From the IMG/VR virus record IMGVR_UViG_3300017763_000005, positions 33,607 to 97,606 of that record: DNA of 64,000 nucleotides; one strand, 5' to 3'. Below are positions 9,186 through 17,693 of the stretch, piece by piece. Both the position numbers and the translations under genes were made by a program. Positions within the stretch are counted from its first letter, which is position 1. Each line of letters opens with the position of its first letter. The notes below the pieces were generated by a model. The model had not been told where the DNA came from and did not search any database. It saw nothing but the letters and a program-made list of their open reading frames with translations. The DNA comes from a virus.

Positions 9186-10532
9186 TTATCCTCTTACTTT
9201 AGCGGCTAGATCTTTATCAGCTTTGCCCCATGTTCCTTTTGATTTTGTTACGAATGAATTGACTCTTGCCAATCCCCATTGAACAGCTGTTGTTCCAGGT
9301 CTATGACCTGTTTTCCATGCTGCTACTCCTCTATTGAATACTTGTCTTAATATACCTAAAGGCATACCAGATTTATCAGCTTTTTTCTTAAGTGCTGCAT
9401 CTGATTTACCTTCATGTACATTAAAGTCTTCAAATGTTAATTCACCAAACATTTGATGATATTTTTTTGTATGTGTAGATGGTTTTGTTTTTGCTGTTGC
9501 ATCACCTGGAGCTGGTTTTGTAGATTTCTTTTTAAAATGAGCATCTCTTTTTTGCTTTGTAGATTTAGAAAGACCTGCATGATATTTGGCTGGTTGTGAA
9601 CCTTTTTTGTGACCGATATCAGGATCTTCTCTATTCTCATCTTTCTTTTTCTTCTTTTCGCCAGGTGTTTCATTTTTAAGATAATTTGTATATGTTTTAG
9701 TACCTATTTCATTATATTCTAATAATTCTATAGCATCTAACCAGTATCTTTTCTTACCTAATATACCTTCTACTATTACATAATTAGTTCCACAAACTGA
9801 AATAGTACCTACTTCATTTGTTTCTTTAATTACAATTTCGTCTCCAACTTGGAATGAGTTACCTGCAACATATTCCTCTCTTGACTCAGATACAGTTGGT
9901 AATTCAACATGTTGTCTAAAAGTACTTTCTAATTTTAATCCCATACCTTTACGTACAGCATTAAAAAGATCTGTTGGATGAAACCTAGCTGGAACTCCTT
10001 TCGCAAATCCAGCTAGATCATTTTGTTGAGCGGCCATACGCATTTTTGAAGCAGACATACCAGTTGCACCTTCGGCATCTGGATCTCTTTCTCCTGCGCT
10101 TACTACATTTATTGCACCTTCGAAATTATAAAAACCGTGTTTAGCTTTTTCACCATTATATTTGTTTAATAATATATCAAACTCTCTTACTCTATCGCTA
10201 CCAGCGACAAGTGTTATTTTGGTAAAGCCTTGATCGTAAAGTTTTACTGCAATATCCAGTACTGTACGAACACCTTTATCGGCCATTATATTTCGTGCAT
10301 GTTTAGGAAACATTTTACGAAGGAATTTAATTTTATCTTTAAATTGAAGAGGATTCTTTTTAGCATCTACTGATTGTGATGCATAGATTCTATATGAACC
10401 ACCGCGTGATTGTTTTTTCAGTGCTTCAAATAATTTTTCATGACCAATCGTCGGAGGATTAAATCTCCCAAATACGAATGATACTTCTTTTGTGTTTTCA
10501 GTTAAATAATCACTGAATGATTTTATCGACAT
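9186..10532 (-). CDS. HIGH-family nucleotidyltransferase (cytidyltransferase-like) with extra C-terminal domains
   Basis: FGRFNPPTIGH (HxGH-type) and MSASKMR motifs; N-terminus MSIKSFSDYLTE. Confidence 0.85.
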   Translation of the reverse strand: MSIKSFSDYLTENTKEVSFVFGRFNPPTIGHEKLFEALKKQSRGGSYRIYASQSVDAKKNPLQFKDKIKFLRKMFPKHARNIMADKGVRTVLDIAVKLYDQGFTKITLVAGSDRVREFDILLNKYNGEKAKHGFYNFEGAINVVSAGERDPDAEGATGMSASKMRMAAQQNDLAGFAKGVPARFHPTDLFNAVRKGMGLKLESTFRQHVELPTVSESREEYVAGNSFQVGDEIVIKETNEVGTISVCGTNYVIVEGILGKKRYWLDAIELLEYNEIGTKTYTNYLKNETPGEKKKKKDENREDPDIGHKKGSQPAKYHAGLSKSTKQKRDAHFKKKSTKPAPGDATAKTKPSTHTKKYHQMFGELTFEDFNVHEGKSDAALKKKADKSGMPLGILRQVFNRGVAAWKTGHRPGTTAVQWGLARVNSFVTKSKGTWGKADKDLAAKVRG

Positions 10533-10551
10533 TTATATCCTCGGTTCCCAT

Positions 10552-11793
10552 TTAGCCTGGATTGTCCCAGCCTTTAATAATATCTTTGCTAAAGTTGTTG
10601 GTAGAAAATTCCATTCTATCAACTAGTTTAACTGCTCCACCTTCCATACGATCTATAGCAACAAAACCTTCTGGGTTGGTCACTTTAAATCCGGACGTTG
10701 TTTTAACAAACGTTCCAATTTTATTAAGTTTGTTTAGTTTATTTATAATAATTAATTTGCTGTCTACTAATAAATTTTGTAAATCAAACACATTTTGTAA
10801 GTTTTTTATATTTTTTTTATCAAAAAACTTTAATAATGCATCTCTTTGTTTTGCTTTATTATCTTTACCCTTTGTAGACGATAATTTATCGATTTGTTTT
10901 GCATATCTATCTTGAACAAACATTATTAAACCAGTAGCATGTTTTTTAGTATTAGTAATTCTTTGACCTTCTCTTACTTTTTTATTGTTATATACATTAA
11001 TAACAAGATTTAATTCTTTATTTGATTCTATTTCTTTTAATGTAGAAGCTGATATCTTTTTAAATATCTTACCAGCATCTGATAATTTCTTTGATACTTC
11101 TAAGCTATCTTGTTTAGTGAGTGTTGCAGTACCACTTAGGTCTTTTAAAGTAGCATCTTGCATCCATACATTTTTATTTGGTTTTAATTTAGAAACAATA
11201 TCTTTACCAAACTCTGCTTTCATAGTTTCAAATGTTGCTCCACTATATGATGTATGCCATACTATACCTACTTTAGCTGCTGCAATCTCTTTTGCTAAGG
11301 GCGTACCTGTAGGTACAGCATAAAGAATAGTATTAGGATGGAAAGTAATATGTTGGACTCCATCAATCTTCTCCTTTTTTAGATCACTTGAGTCAAACAT
11401 AAAGTCACCTTGTATTACATCTTTAATGCCAAGACTTTTTAGATTATCAAATGCAATCTTTAATTTTTTATTTAAATCACCTGATGTATCAGCATCTATA
11501 TCTGCATGATTCTTATATACTTTAGGATCAGCATTAAAGATACCTTTTTTTGCTACAAAGAATTGTCCATCTCGTGGATCTTCTCCAGCGAATAAGGCGG
11601 GGGCTCCGTCCCACTTGACAGTAACGTCCACAGGTGCTTTTGCGTTACCGCTCAACATATCCCTCAGTGATCTGAGCGCTAGGATTGCCTGGCGAGCCCC
11701 CTTAACTCCACCGTCAATGACAAGATCTTCAATATGTGTCATATGAGTATTCTTGCCTGCGGCCTCTGTTAAGTAATTTGTTAAACTTATCAT
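10552..11793 (-). CDS. Conserved T4-like phage protein with polynucleotide-ligase-like motifs
   Basis: TVKWDG (motif I-like), IQGDF, PEGFV, VKLV; N-terminus MISLTNYLTE. Confidence 0.65.
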   Translation of the reverse strand: MISLTNYLTEAAGKNTHMTHIEDLVIDGGVKGARQAILALRSLRDMLSGNAKAPVDVTVKWDGAPALFAGEDPRDGQFFVAKKGIFNADPKVYKNHADIDADTSGDLNKKLKIAFDNLKSLGIKDVIQGDFMFDSSDLKKEKIDGVQHITFHPNTILYAVPTGTPLAKEIAAAKVGIVWHTSYSGATFETMKAEFGKDIVSKLKPNKNVWMQDATLKDLSGTATLTKQDSLEVSKKLSDAGKIFKKISASTLKEIESNKELNLVINVYNNKKVREGQRITNTKKHATGLIMFVQDRYAKQIDKLSSTKGKDNKAKQRDALLKFFDKKNIKNLQNVFDLQNLLVDSKLIIINKLNKLNKIGTFVKTTSGFKVTNPEGFVAIDRMEGGAVKLVDRMEFSTNNFSKDIIKGWDNPG

Positions 11794-13172
11794 GTATAAA
11801 CCTTTACGTACGAGCTGGAATCTTCTGCTTTTGATCCAGCATAATTTACAATTTTAGTTATCCATCTGTTTGCTCTTTTACCTGTATTAATATCCAAGTA
11901 ATAACAAACATATAAACAACCAAGTTTAGATGAAATCCAATTAGTATCTTTTGCTAATAGTAGTTCTTGGAATTGTTCAAATGTTTCATTCTTATAAAAG
12001 TTGTTATACATCTTCCAAAATATTGCAATTCCTTTTTTATCTTTCTTTGTAGCTATTTTCTTCGCTATATTATATATTCCAGCTTTATGATTTGGTAATT
12101 TCTTATTAAATACAACTTTTGTTGCATCTTGTAAAACTCCCCAACTTGCTCCACCACCTCTTGCAGTTTTTAATATAATTTCTGCTTTTACGTTACCGCC
12201 AGGTGAGTTATCTTTTAAAGCCATTTTACCATCATCAAATACTAATGTTGCACCTTTGTTAGACCAGAAGTCTCCTCGTACAGCTCCTTGTAATAAGATC
12301 TGCATTAACTTATGATCGTCAGTATCAGGTGGTAGTTTAACATTGTATTCAGTTAGTTTAGCTTTTTTCTTAACAAGTTTAAGAGATATACCAACTAAAG
12401 TTCGATTTGCAAAGTGTTCTAATATAGATTCATTTAATGATTTAACGCTGTCTGATTTAAGATTTTTTATGTTAAAGCTTTTATCAACAGCCCATATATC
12501 GCCAGGATTCCATTTGTCATCTTTTAACGCTTTCATATCTGTATTTTTATATGCTACATTTTTAAGTGCATATATGCTATTCATGACTTTGTCATTTCTG
12601 TGAAAGGTGTGACCTTTATGGATATATTTGTTTTTAATTAATTCATATGCAGAGAGATGAGATGATGTAAACCAATCTCCTTCTACGCCTAATACTTCAT
12701 CTAATGATGCATCAACAAATACTTTTTTGTATGCTGCTTTAAGTATATCATGCGTAAAGAAATCTTCATCATGCATTCCATGATCTAACATCGCTTGGCA
12801 CATAACACATTGATGTGATTCTGTAATCTTTGTGTTAAGTGAACCTCCACCAGATCCTCCGCCACCACCAAATACTGATGACTTAGATAAATCTGATGTG
12901 GTATAACTGTTTCCATCTATTCCCATAAATGGTATAGCAGCTTTCTTATCTGAATTACTCTTTTTAAAGTCTTTTAAAAGTTTAAGTAGCTCAGGATTTT
13001 TTTCTATTACTACTGATCCGCCTTTAGCTAATTCAATTGGTTTATTTTGTCCAATCAGTCTTATAAGAATATCAACTCTCGCTTCTCCAGTAATACTGTT
13101 AGGTTTATCTAACTGAGCTGGAGTCATTTTTACTGCTTCTTTAAGTGTTTTAAAGTCTTTAAAATTTTTCAT
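11790..13172 (-). CDS. Putative PD-(D/E)xK-like endonuclease
   Basis: TESHQC...KWNPGDIW...GISLK pattern; N-terminus MKNFKDFKTLKE. Confidence 0.5.
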   Translation of the reverse strand: MKNFKDFKTLKEAVKMTPAQLDKPNSITGEARVDILIRLIGQNKPIELAKGGSVVIEKNPELLKLLKDFKKSNSDKKAAIPFMGIDGNSYTTSDLSKSSVFGGGGGSGGGSLNTKITESHQCVMCQAMLDHGMHDEDFFTHDILKAAYKKVFVDASLDEVLGVEGDWFTSSHLSAYELIKNKYIHKGHTFHRNDKVMNSIYALKNVAYKNTDMKALKDDKWNPGDIWAVDKSFNIKNLKSDSVKSLNESILEHFANRTLVGISLKLVKKKAKLTEYNVKLPPDTDDHKLMQILLQGAVRGDFWSNKGATLVFDDGKMALKDNSPGGNVKAEIILKTARGGGASWGVLQDATKVVFNKKLPNHKAGIYNIAKKIATKKDKKGIAIFWKMYNNFYKNETFEQFQELLLAKDTNWISSKLGCLYVCYYLDINTGKRANRWITKIVNYAGSKAEDSSSYVKVYT

Positions 13173-13178
13173 AGAGTT

Positions 13179-13219
13179 ATTATACCTTACTTTTTAGTAA
13201 ATGTAAATATCTATTTATA
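13179..13219 (-). promoter_or_regulatory. Tandem early-type and late promoters
   Basis: TTTACA-N17-TATAAT (13179-13207) and late box TATAAATA (13212-13219). Confidence 0.7.
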
Positions 13220-13224
13220 ACTTT

Positions 13225-13404
13225 TTAAACTTTATCTTTTGTGTAGAAAAGATTGGGCGAAATTTCTCCGCCCCTGTCTACATTGATGATCTTTTTTTCA
13301 TGAAGTTTTCGAATGGTTCTTTCAGCACCTTCACGTATGCCAATTTGAAATGCTTGATAACCAGCACCGAGTATGCAAATAAATGTAATTGCGTATACTT
13401 CCAC
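13225..13404 (-). CDS. Small membrane protein (not in ORF track)
   Basis: Hand translation from GTG: VEVYAITFICILGAGYQAFQIGIREGAERTIRKLHEKK...; coupled to the upstream stop. Confidence 0.5.
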   Translation of the reverse strand: MEVYAITFICILGAGYQAFQIGIREGAERTIRKLHEKKIINVDRGGEISPNLFYTKDKV

Positions 13405-13562
13405 TATAGAAGCACTCTTTCTACATGTGTATCAAAACCTTTTTTTCGCATTTGCTCTTCAAATATAATTGCATCTTTAAGCTGATCAAAAATATAATCA
13501 GCTTTGACTTCTTTGTCTTCAGTAGCAATTACTTTAAATGAAACATCATCTTTCGTATACAT
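13404..13562 (-). CDS. Small hypothetical protein (not in ORF track)
   Basis: MYTKDDVSFKVIATEDKEVKADYIFDQLKDAIIFEEQMRKKGFDTHVERVLL*. Confidence 0.55.
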   Translation of the reverse strand: MYTKDDVSFKVIATEDKEVKADYIFDQLKDAIIFEEQMRKKGFDTHVERVLL

Positions 13563-13842
13563 ATACATCCATTCTCTCCGCAAATTTTAGTGGTAATGAT
13601 TGATCGTATCTTCTACGATATGAACCTTGAGCAACTGCATGTTTAACTCTTGGACCACGTCCTTGACATTTAACATAGAATTGTACGAGCTTTTGCGGCC
13701 CGTAATTCATACTTGCTTGTGATGCACGTCTTCTTAAGATTGCATTTTGTTTCTTGACTAGATCTCTTAAATTTTGCAACTCTAGCATAGAGCTTGCGCA
13801 TTTAGGATCTGCAGTCATTACATAACTACTTGAATATCTCAT
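13546..13842 (-). CDS. Early hypothetical protein
   Basis: 98 aa, VKCQGRGPR motif. Confidence 0.65.
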   Translation of the reverse strand: MRYSSSYVMTADPKCASSMLELQNLRDLVKKQNAILRRRASQASMNYGPQKLVQFYVKCQGRGPRVKHAVAQGSYRRRYDQSLPLKFAERMDVYVYER

Positions 13843-14048
13843 TAGTGTATTGGCCTCCCACCTAAAGTTTCTAAAAAGAATTGACCCTGAATATCATGGC
13901 CAGTTCTTGCAAATACTGAATCACACAGTTTATTCCATGATTCATTAATAGTTTCTGGATTTTTGTCTTTAGCAAAACTTTGTTCTACTAAATCTAATTC
14001 GATATCTAGTGGGATATCAGTTGCGATGTGGGTTAGTGATAATATCAT
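13842..14048 (-). CDS. Early hypothetical protein
   Basis: 68-aa ORF, translationally coupled. Confidence 0.6.
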   Translation of the reverse strand: MILSLTHIATDIPLDIELDLVEQSFAKDKNPETINESWNKLCDSVFARTGHDIQGQFFLETLGGRPIH

Positions 14049-14260
14049 TGTGGTCCCTCCGGCAAAGCCTCGAATCTTTGGTTAACGAGTCTTTCAATAA
14101 CTACGTTTCTATCAGTCATAGCAACTCTCATGTCGAATGACTCGCATAATCCTGGTCTAGCTACACCGCCATCCAGTTCTCTCAGAATACAACCTGTGTT
14201 CATTTCTGAGACCTCGTCGAATAATCTTTCGAGGGTTTGTTCATTTTGTAAATTTGACAT
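14045..14260 (-). CDS. Early hypothetical protein
   Basis: First gene after a strong promoter; AAGGAG RBS. Confidence 0.7.
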   Translation of the reverse strand: MSNLQNEQTLERLFDEVSEMNTGCILRELDGGVARPGLCESFDMRVAMTDRNVVIERLVNQRFEALPEGPQ

Positions 14261-14287
14261 TTTATCTCCTTATCAATTTATAGTTAT

Positions 14288-14361
14288 ATTATACCATAGT
14301 TGGGAGCAGTTGTAAACGTTTTTTGTGAAAATAATTGAAAATAGTTGACAGAAAAGTGTTG
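14288..14361 (-). promoter_or_regulatory. Early promoter with phased A/T tracts and conserved 17-bp upstream box
   Basis: GTTTACA-N17-TATAAT plus CAACACTTTTCTGTCAA box. Confidence 0.85.
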
Positions 14362-14366
14362 TTCTC

Positions 14367-14391
14367 AAAAAGGGGAGTATGAAACTCCCCC
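14367..14391 (-). terminator. Rho-independent terminator
   Basis: GGGGAGT-TTCAT-ACTCCCC followed by TTTTT. Confidence 0.8.
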
Positions 14392-14415
14392 ACGAATTGT
14401 CATAATTAAAGGTTA

Positions 14416-14598
14416 TTATACTTCTTTTGCAATAAAAGTGTAAACACCGTAAGCAAGGGCTACCCAAGCTAGAAGGTCAACTAAGCCACCTAAGAGTAGG
14501 TAGGATAATGATAGTCCGATGATCATACCACCGTCCCAAGATGTTCTTTCTGCCCATCTATCCATTAACCATGCTTTTGCGTTATTTAACATATTCAT
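14416..14598 (-). CDS. Small membrane protein
   Basis: 60 aa with two hydrophobic stretches; AAGGAG RBS. Confidence 0.65.
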   Translation of the reverse strand: MNMLNNAKAWLMDRWAERTSWDGGMIIGLSLSYLLLGGLVDLLAWVALAYGVYTFIAKEV

Positions 14599-14609
14599 AT
14601 ATTTCTCCT

Positions 14610-15995
14610 TTATACTTTAAAGTCCGCAAACGAGTCATTACTTTCCCGTTCACCAAACTTGTTTATCGGCTTATCTGGTATCATGTCAGACATAATATCT
14701 GATTGAGCCGACTCCTCTACATCATATAGCTTCATGCGGGAACGATCTACACCAACCACAAATCTCTTGTATTTGGTCGGATCGTTATAACGATTCTTCA
14801 ATTGCTTTACCATTATCTGGCCAAGTTCCTCAAGTTCCTCTGTTGATATAAGAGCAAACATAAGATCTGCCGTTGCAGGTAAACCAAATGATTCAGATGT
14901 ATCCTCTAGACCGACGTCAGTATTACTGTAGCCAGACCTTGTAGTCTGAGTAGCCGATACTATAGGTACATTGAATTCCACAGCCAGTCCGCGAAGTTCT
15001 TCCGCGATGGCTTTAATATAGGTATAACTATTTATACTTCCGCCCATGCCACGCATGCGACTTGAGGCACAAATATTTAAATAGTCAATATAGATCATAT
15101 CAGGACTAAAGTTCTTTTTGAGTCGCAACTCATTAAGTAAAGCCCTGAAATGACCAGTGTGAGCTGAGCCAGTAGGATATTCCTTAACAATAAGTTTACC
15201 CGTAGCAGCTTTCGCTATCTTTCCAATCTTATCATCGAATACATTTTTAGGTAATGACCCAAGTGATTCAATTGGCAAATTCATTAAGTTAGCATCGATT
15301 CTTTCAGCGATACGTTCTTCTGCCATTTCCATTGTAATGTACAATACATTCTTACCTAAGTTAAGAGCACTTGCTGCACAATGACACATGAATAATGACT
15401 TACCTACGCCAGTTCCGGCTAAGGCAATATTGAGAGTCTTATTAGGAAGACCTCCCTTAGTTATTTTATTGAAATAATCTAGATCAAATGGAATTCGATC
15501 TTCTTTTCTATTGTAAAAATCAAATCTTTCTTCTGAGTTATCGATATAATCATGGCCAATTGCTTCATCAAATGAAACACCAAGAGCTTCTGAAAGTATT
15601 TCAGGTATAGCACCTTCACTTCGTTCTTTATCTTTACCATCAATGATTTGTATAGAATCCATGATAGCATTATAGACAGCTCTTTCCTTACACCACTTTT
15701 CTGATTCATCAAGTAGATACTCAGTATCGATATCAGATTTATCAGCTATTTCGTTTACCAACCTTGATGCATTATTTAATACATCTTCAGGAGCATTGAT
15801 CTTTTTAAGCTCAAGCTCTAATATTTTCGATGTTGGTAATTTGTTGTGTTGACCTACAAAGTTTACAATGAGATCGAATACCGTTTTATGAGTACCTTCG
15901 AAATATTCTTTCTTAAGATATGGTACTACACGTCTACAGAACTCTTCATTATTGAGAAGATGATTCAGTATGTGTGTCGGTAGTTGATTCGTCAT
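14610..15995 (-). CDS. 41: Replicative DNA helicase (T4 gp41)
   Basis: LAGTGVGKS Walker A, IDYLN, SATQTTRSG, SESFGLPATAD. Confidence 0.97.
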   Translation of the reverse strand: MTNQLPTHILNHLLNNEEFCRRVVPYLKKEYFEGTHKTVFDLIVNFVGQHNKLPTSKILELELKKINAPEDVLNNASRLVNEIADKSDIDTEYLLDESEKWCKERAVYNAIMDSIQIIDGKDKERSEGAIPEILSEALGVSFDEAIGHDYIDNSEERFDFYNRKEDRIPFDLDYFNKITKGGLPNKTLNIALAGTGVGKSLFMCHCAASALNLGKNVLYITMEMAEERIAERIDANLMNLPIESLGSLPKNVFDDKIGKIAKAATGKLIVKEYPTGSAHTGHFRALLNELRLKKNFSPDMIYIDYLNICASSRMRGMGGSINSYTYIKAIAEELRGLAVEFNVPIVSATQTTRSGYSNTDVGLEDTSESFGLPATADLMFALISTEELEELGQIMVKQLKNRYNDPTKYKRFVVGVDRSRMKLYDVEESAQSDIMSDMIPDKPINKFGERESNDSFADFKV

Positions 15996-16311
15996 GTCCA
16001 ATTCCTATTGTTGATTGATTAGTTTCGTTAGCATAATCTAACGAATCTGTTATTATATATTGTAGTACAGCTCCAAGATAGTTTTTAAATGTCTCATCTT
16101 TATCAAGTTCATCTACACTAAACTCGCCTGGATCTTGTACTGTATAGTTAAATGTAAGTGTAGCCATGTCCAGTGCTGGATCTTCTTTGATACCAACCTG
16201 TCCATAAACTACGATTACATCTTTCCATGTACCTGTTTTAAGAAGTACTCCACTTAAAGGGCTATTCTCATTTTCTACAATTGAGTAGTCTTTTTCAGAT
16301 ACATTATACAT
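15949..16311 (-). CDS. gp40-like head vertex assembly chaperone (positional)
   Basis: Lies between uvsX and gp41 as in T4; VYGQV..L.FNY pattern. Confidence 0.55.
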   Translation of the reverse strand: MYNVSEKDYSIVENENSPLSGVLLKTGTWKDVIVVYGQVGIKEDPALDMATLTFNYTVQDPGEFSVDELDKDETFKNYLGAVLQYIITDSLDYANETNQSTIGIGHDESTTDTHTESSSQ

Positions 16312-17363
16312 TAGTCTTCCGTTTCAATATCAAGATCAATATCAATCATTGGTCTATGTCCAATTGAATAATATGTTTTAACAAACTCTTTAAAGTCTGT
16401 ATTTTTAAAGATTGGATCCCAGAATTTTTTAGTAAGAGTATCTTTTTCTCTTACTTTAGTATCGTTAATTTCTCCAGTTTTCATATCAACTGCAGCGTAC
16501 CAACCAACGTTTGGTTTAGTTACATATCCACCAGCAAGAGCTACAGTTAAGAGTCCACTATACTGCTCAATACCACCTTCCCATGAAACACTAATAGGTA
16601 CTTTAGATTTTTCTTTTACAAACCTAGATTTCTCTACATTGATTACAAAGTGATACCCTTGAATCTCTGTTCCTTTTTTATCTTGTTGTCTTCCAATAAT
16701 CCAAATGTTATCAGCTGAATAGTAAATACCAGTACCACCTGATACTACAGCTTTTGGAAATAAACCAATCTCTTGATAGGTATGGTTCACCGCAAGTAAA
16801 GGGATATTCTTCATAGTAAGATAAGGAGTAACCATTCTGAATAGTCCCTTTAATGCTTTAGCTCTTGTCATATCAGCAACTGATTTCTCATTCAAAGCAT
16901 CTTCCAATTCTTTTTTGGACGCTAAATTACCAATTGAATCAATAACCACTATGACTTTATCGTTTCTTTCAATATTTTCTAACTGACCAACTAAATCAAA
17001 TTTAAGTTGCTCAACATCAGTAATTGGAGTATGTAATACTCTTGATGTATCGATACCAAAAGATTCGAAATAAGATTGTGGTGAACCAAATTCTGAATCG
17101 TAAAATAACATTACGGCATCTTCATGTTGTTTTAAATATGCTGCACCCATTAATAATGCAAATGAGGTTTTGAAATGTTTAGATGGACCAGCAAGAACTG
17201 TAAGTCCTGATGTTAATCCTCCATCAATATCTCCTGATAATGCAACGTTAACCATTGGCACATCAGTAGTAATTATGTCTTTCTCTGCAAAAAGAATAGA
17301 CTTGGATAGTATAGATGTTTCTTTTATCTTACTATTTTTCTTTAATTTATCCATTATAGACAT
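16311..17363 (-). CDS. uvsX: RecA-like recombinase
   Basis: AGPSKHFKT, FYDSEFG, DSIGNLASKKE, SGGTGIYYSAD. Confidence 0.97.
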   Translation of the reverse strand: MSIMDKLKKNSKIKETSILSKSILFAEKDIITTDVPMVNVALSGDIDGGLTSGLTVLAGPSKHFKTSFALLMGAAYLKQHEDAVMLFYDSEFGSPQSYFESFGIDTSRVLHTPITDVEQLKFDLVGQLENIERNDKVIVVIDSIGNLASKKELEDALNEKSVADMTRAKALKGLFRMVTPYLTMKNIPLLAVNHTYQEIGLFPKAVVSGGTGIYYSADNIWIIGRQQDKKGTEIQGYHFVINVEKSRFVKEKSKVPISVSWEGGIEQYSGLLTVALAGGYVTKPNVGWYAAVDMKTGEINDTKVREKDTLTKKFWDPIFKNTDFKEFVKTYYSIGHRPMIDIDLDIETED

Positions 17364-17364
17364 A

Positions 17365-17631
17365 TTATCTTCTCCTGCCTTTTTGAGGCTTCATGTATGC
17401 ATCATTGATGCGTTGTAATTTACGAGTTCTACTAATAGCTTCGGCTTTTTTGCGTTGCCTTCTTTGAGCTGGTTTTTCGTAGTACTGGCGTTCGCGTACT
17501 TCTTGTACGATGCCTGCTTTCTCACAGGCTTTTTTAAATTTGCGAAGTCCTACATCAAAAGGCATTTCCTTTTGAGGACGTTTATCTCGCGGGTTTCGAT
17601 TGGGCCTTGGCCTTAAATCAATACTGGGCAT
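17365..17631 (-). CDS. rpsU: 30S ribosomal protein bS21
   Basis: [31 protein letters not shown] matches the bS21 core. Confidence 0.9.
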   Translation of the reverse strand: MPSIDLRPRPNRNPRDKRPQKEMPFDVGLRKFKKACEKAGIVQEVRERQYYEKPAQRRQRKKAEAISRTRKLQRINDAYMKPQKGRRR

Positions 17632-17663
17632 ATATTCTCCGTGTTTTATTTCTCATTGTATAT

Positions 17664-17693
17664 ATTATACCATAAAATCAGTGAGTTGTAAAC
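17664..17693 (-). promoter_or_regulatory. Early promoter for rpsU-uvsX-41
   Basis: GTTTACA-N17-TATAAT embedded in the 3' end of the MTase-like gene. Confidence 0.8.

Noticed and set aside
14345-14361. TTGACA in the 17-bp box as a plus-strand -35 element
   Set aside because: No -10 hexamer at 16-18 bp in any of the three copies
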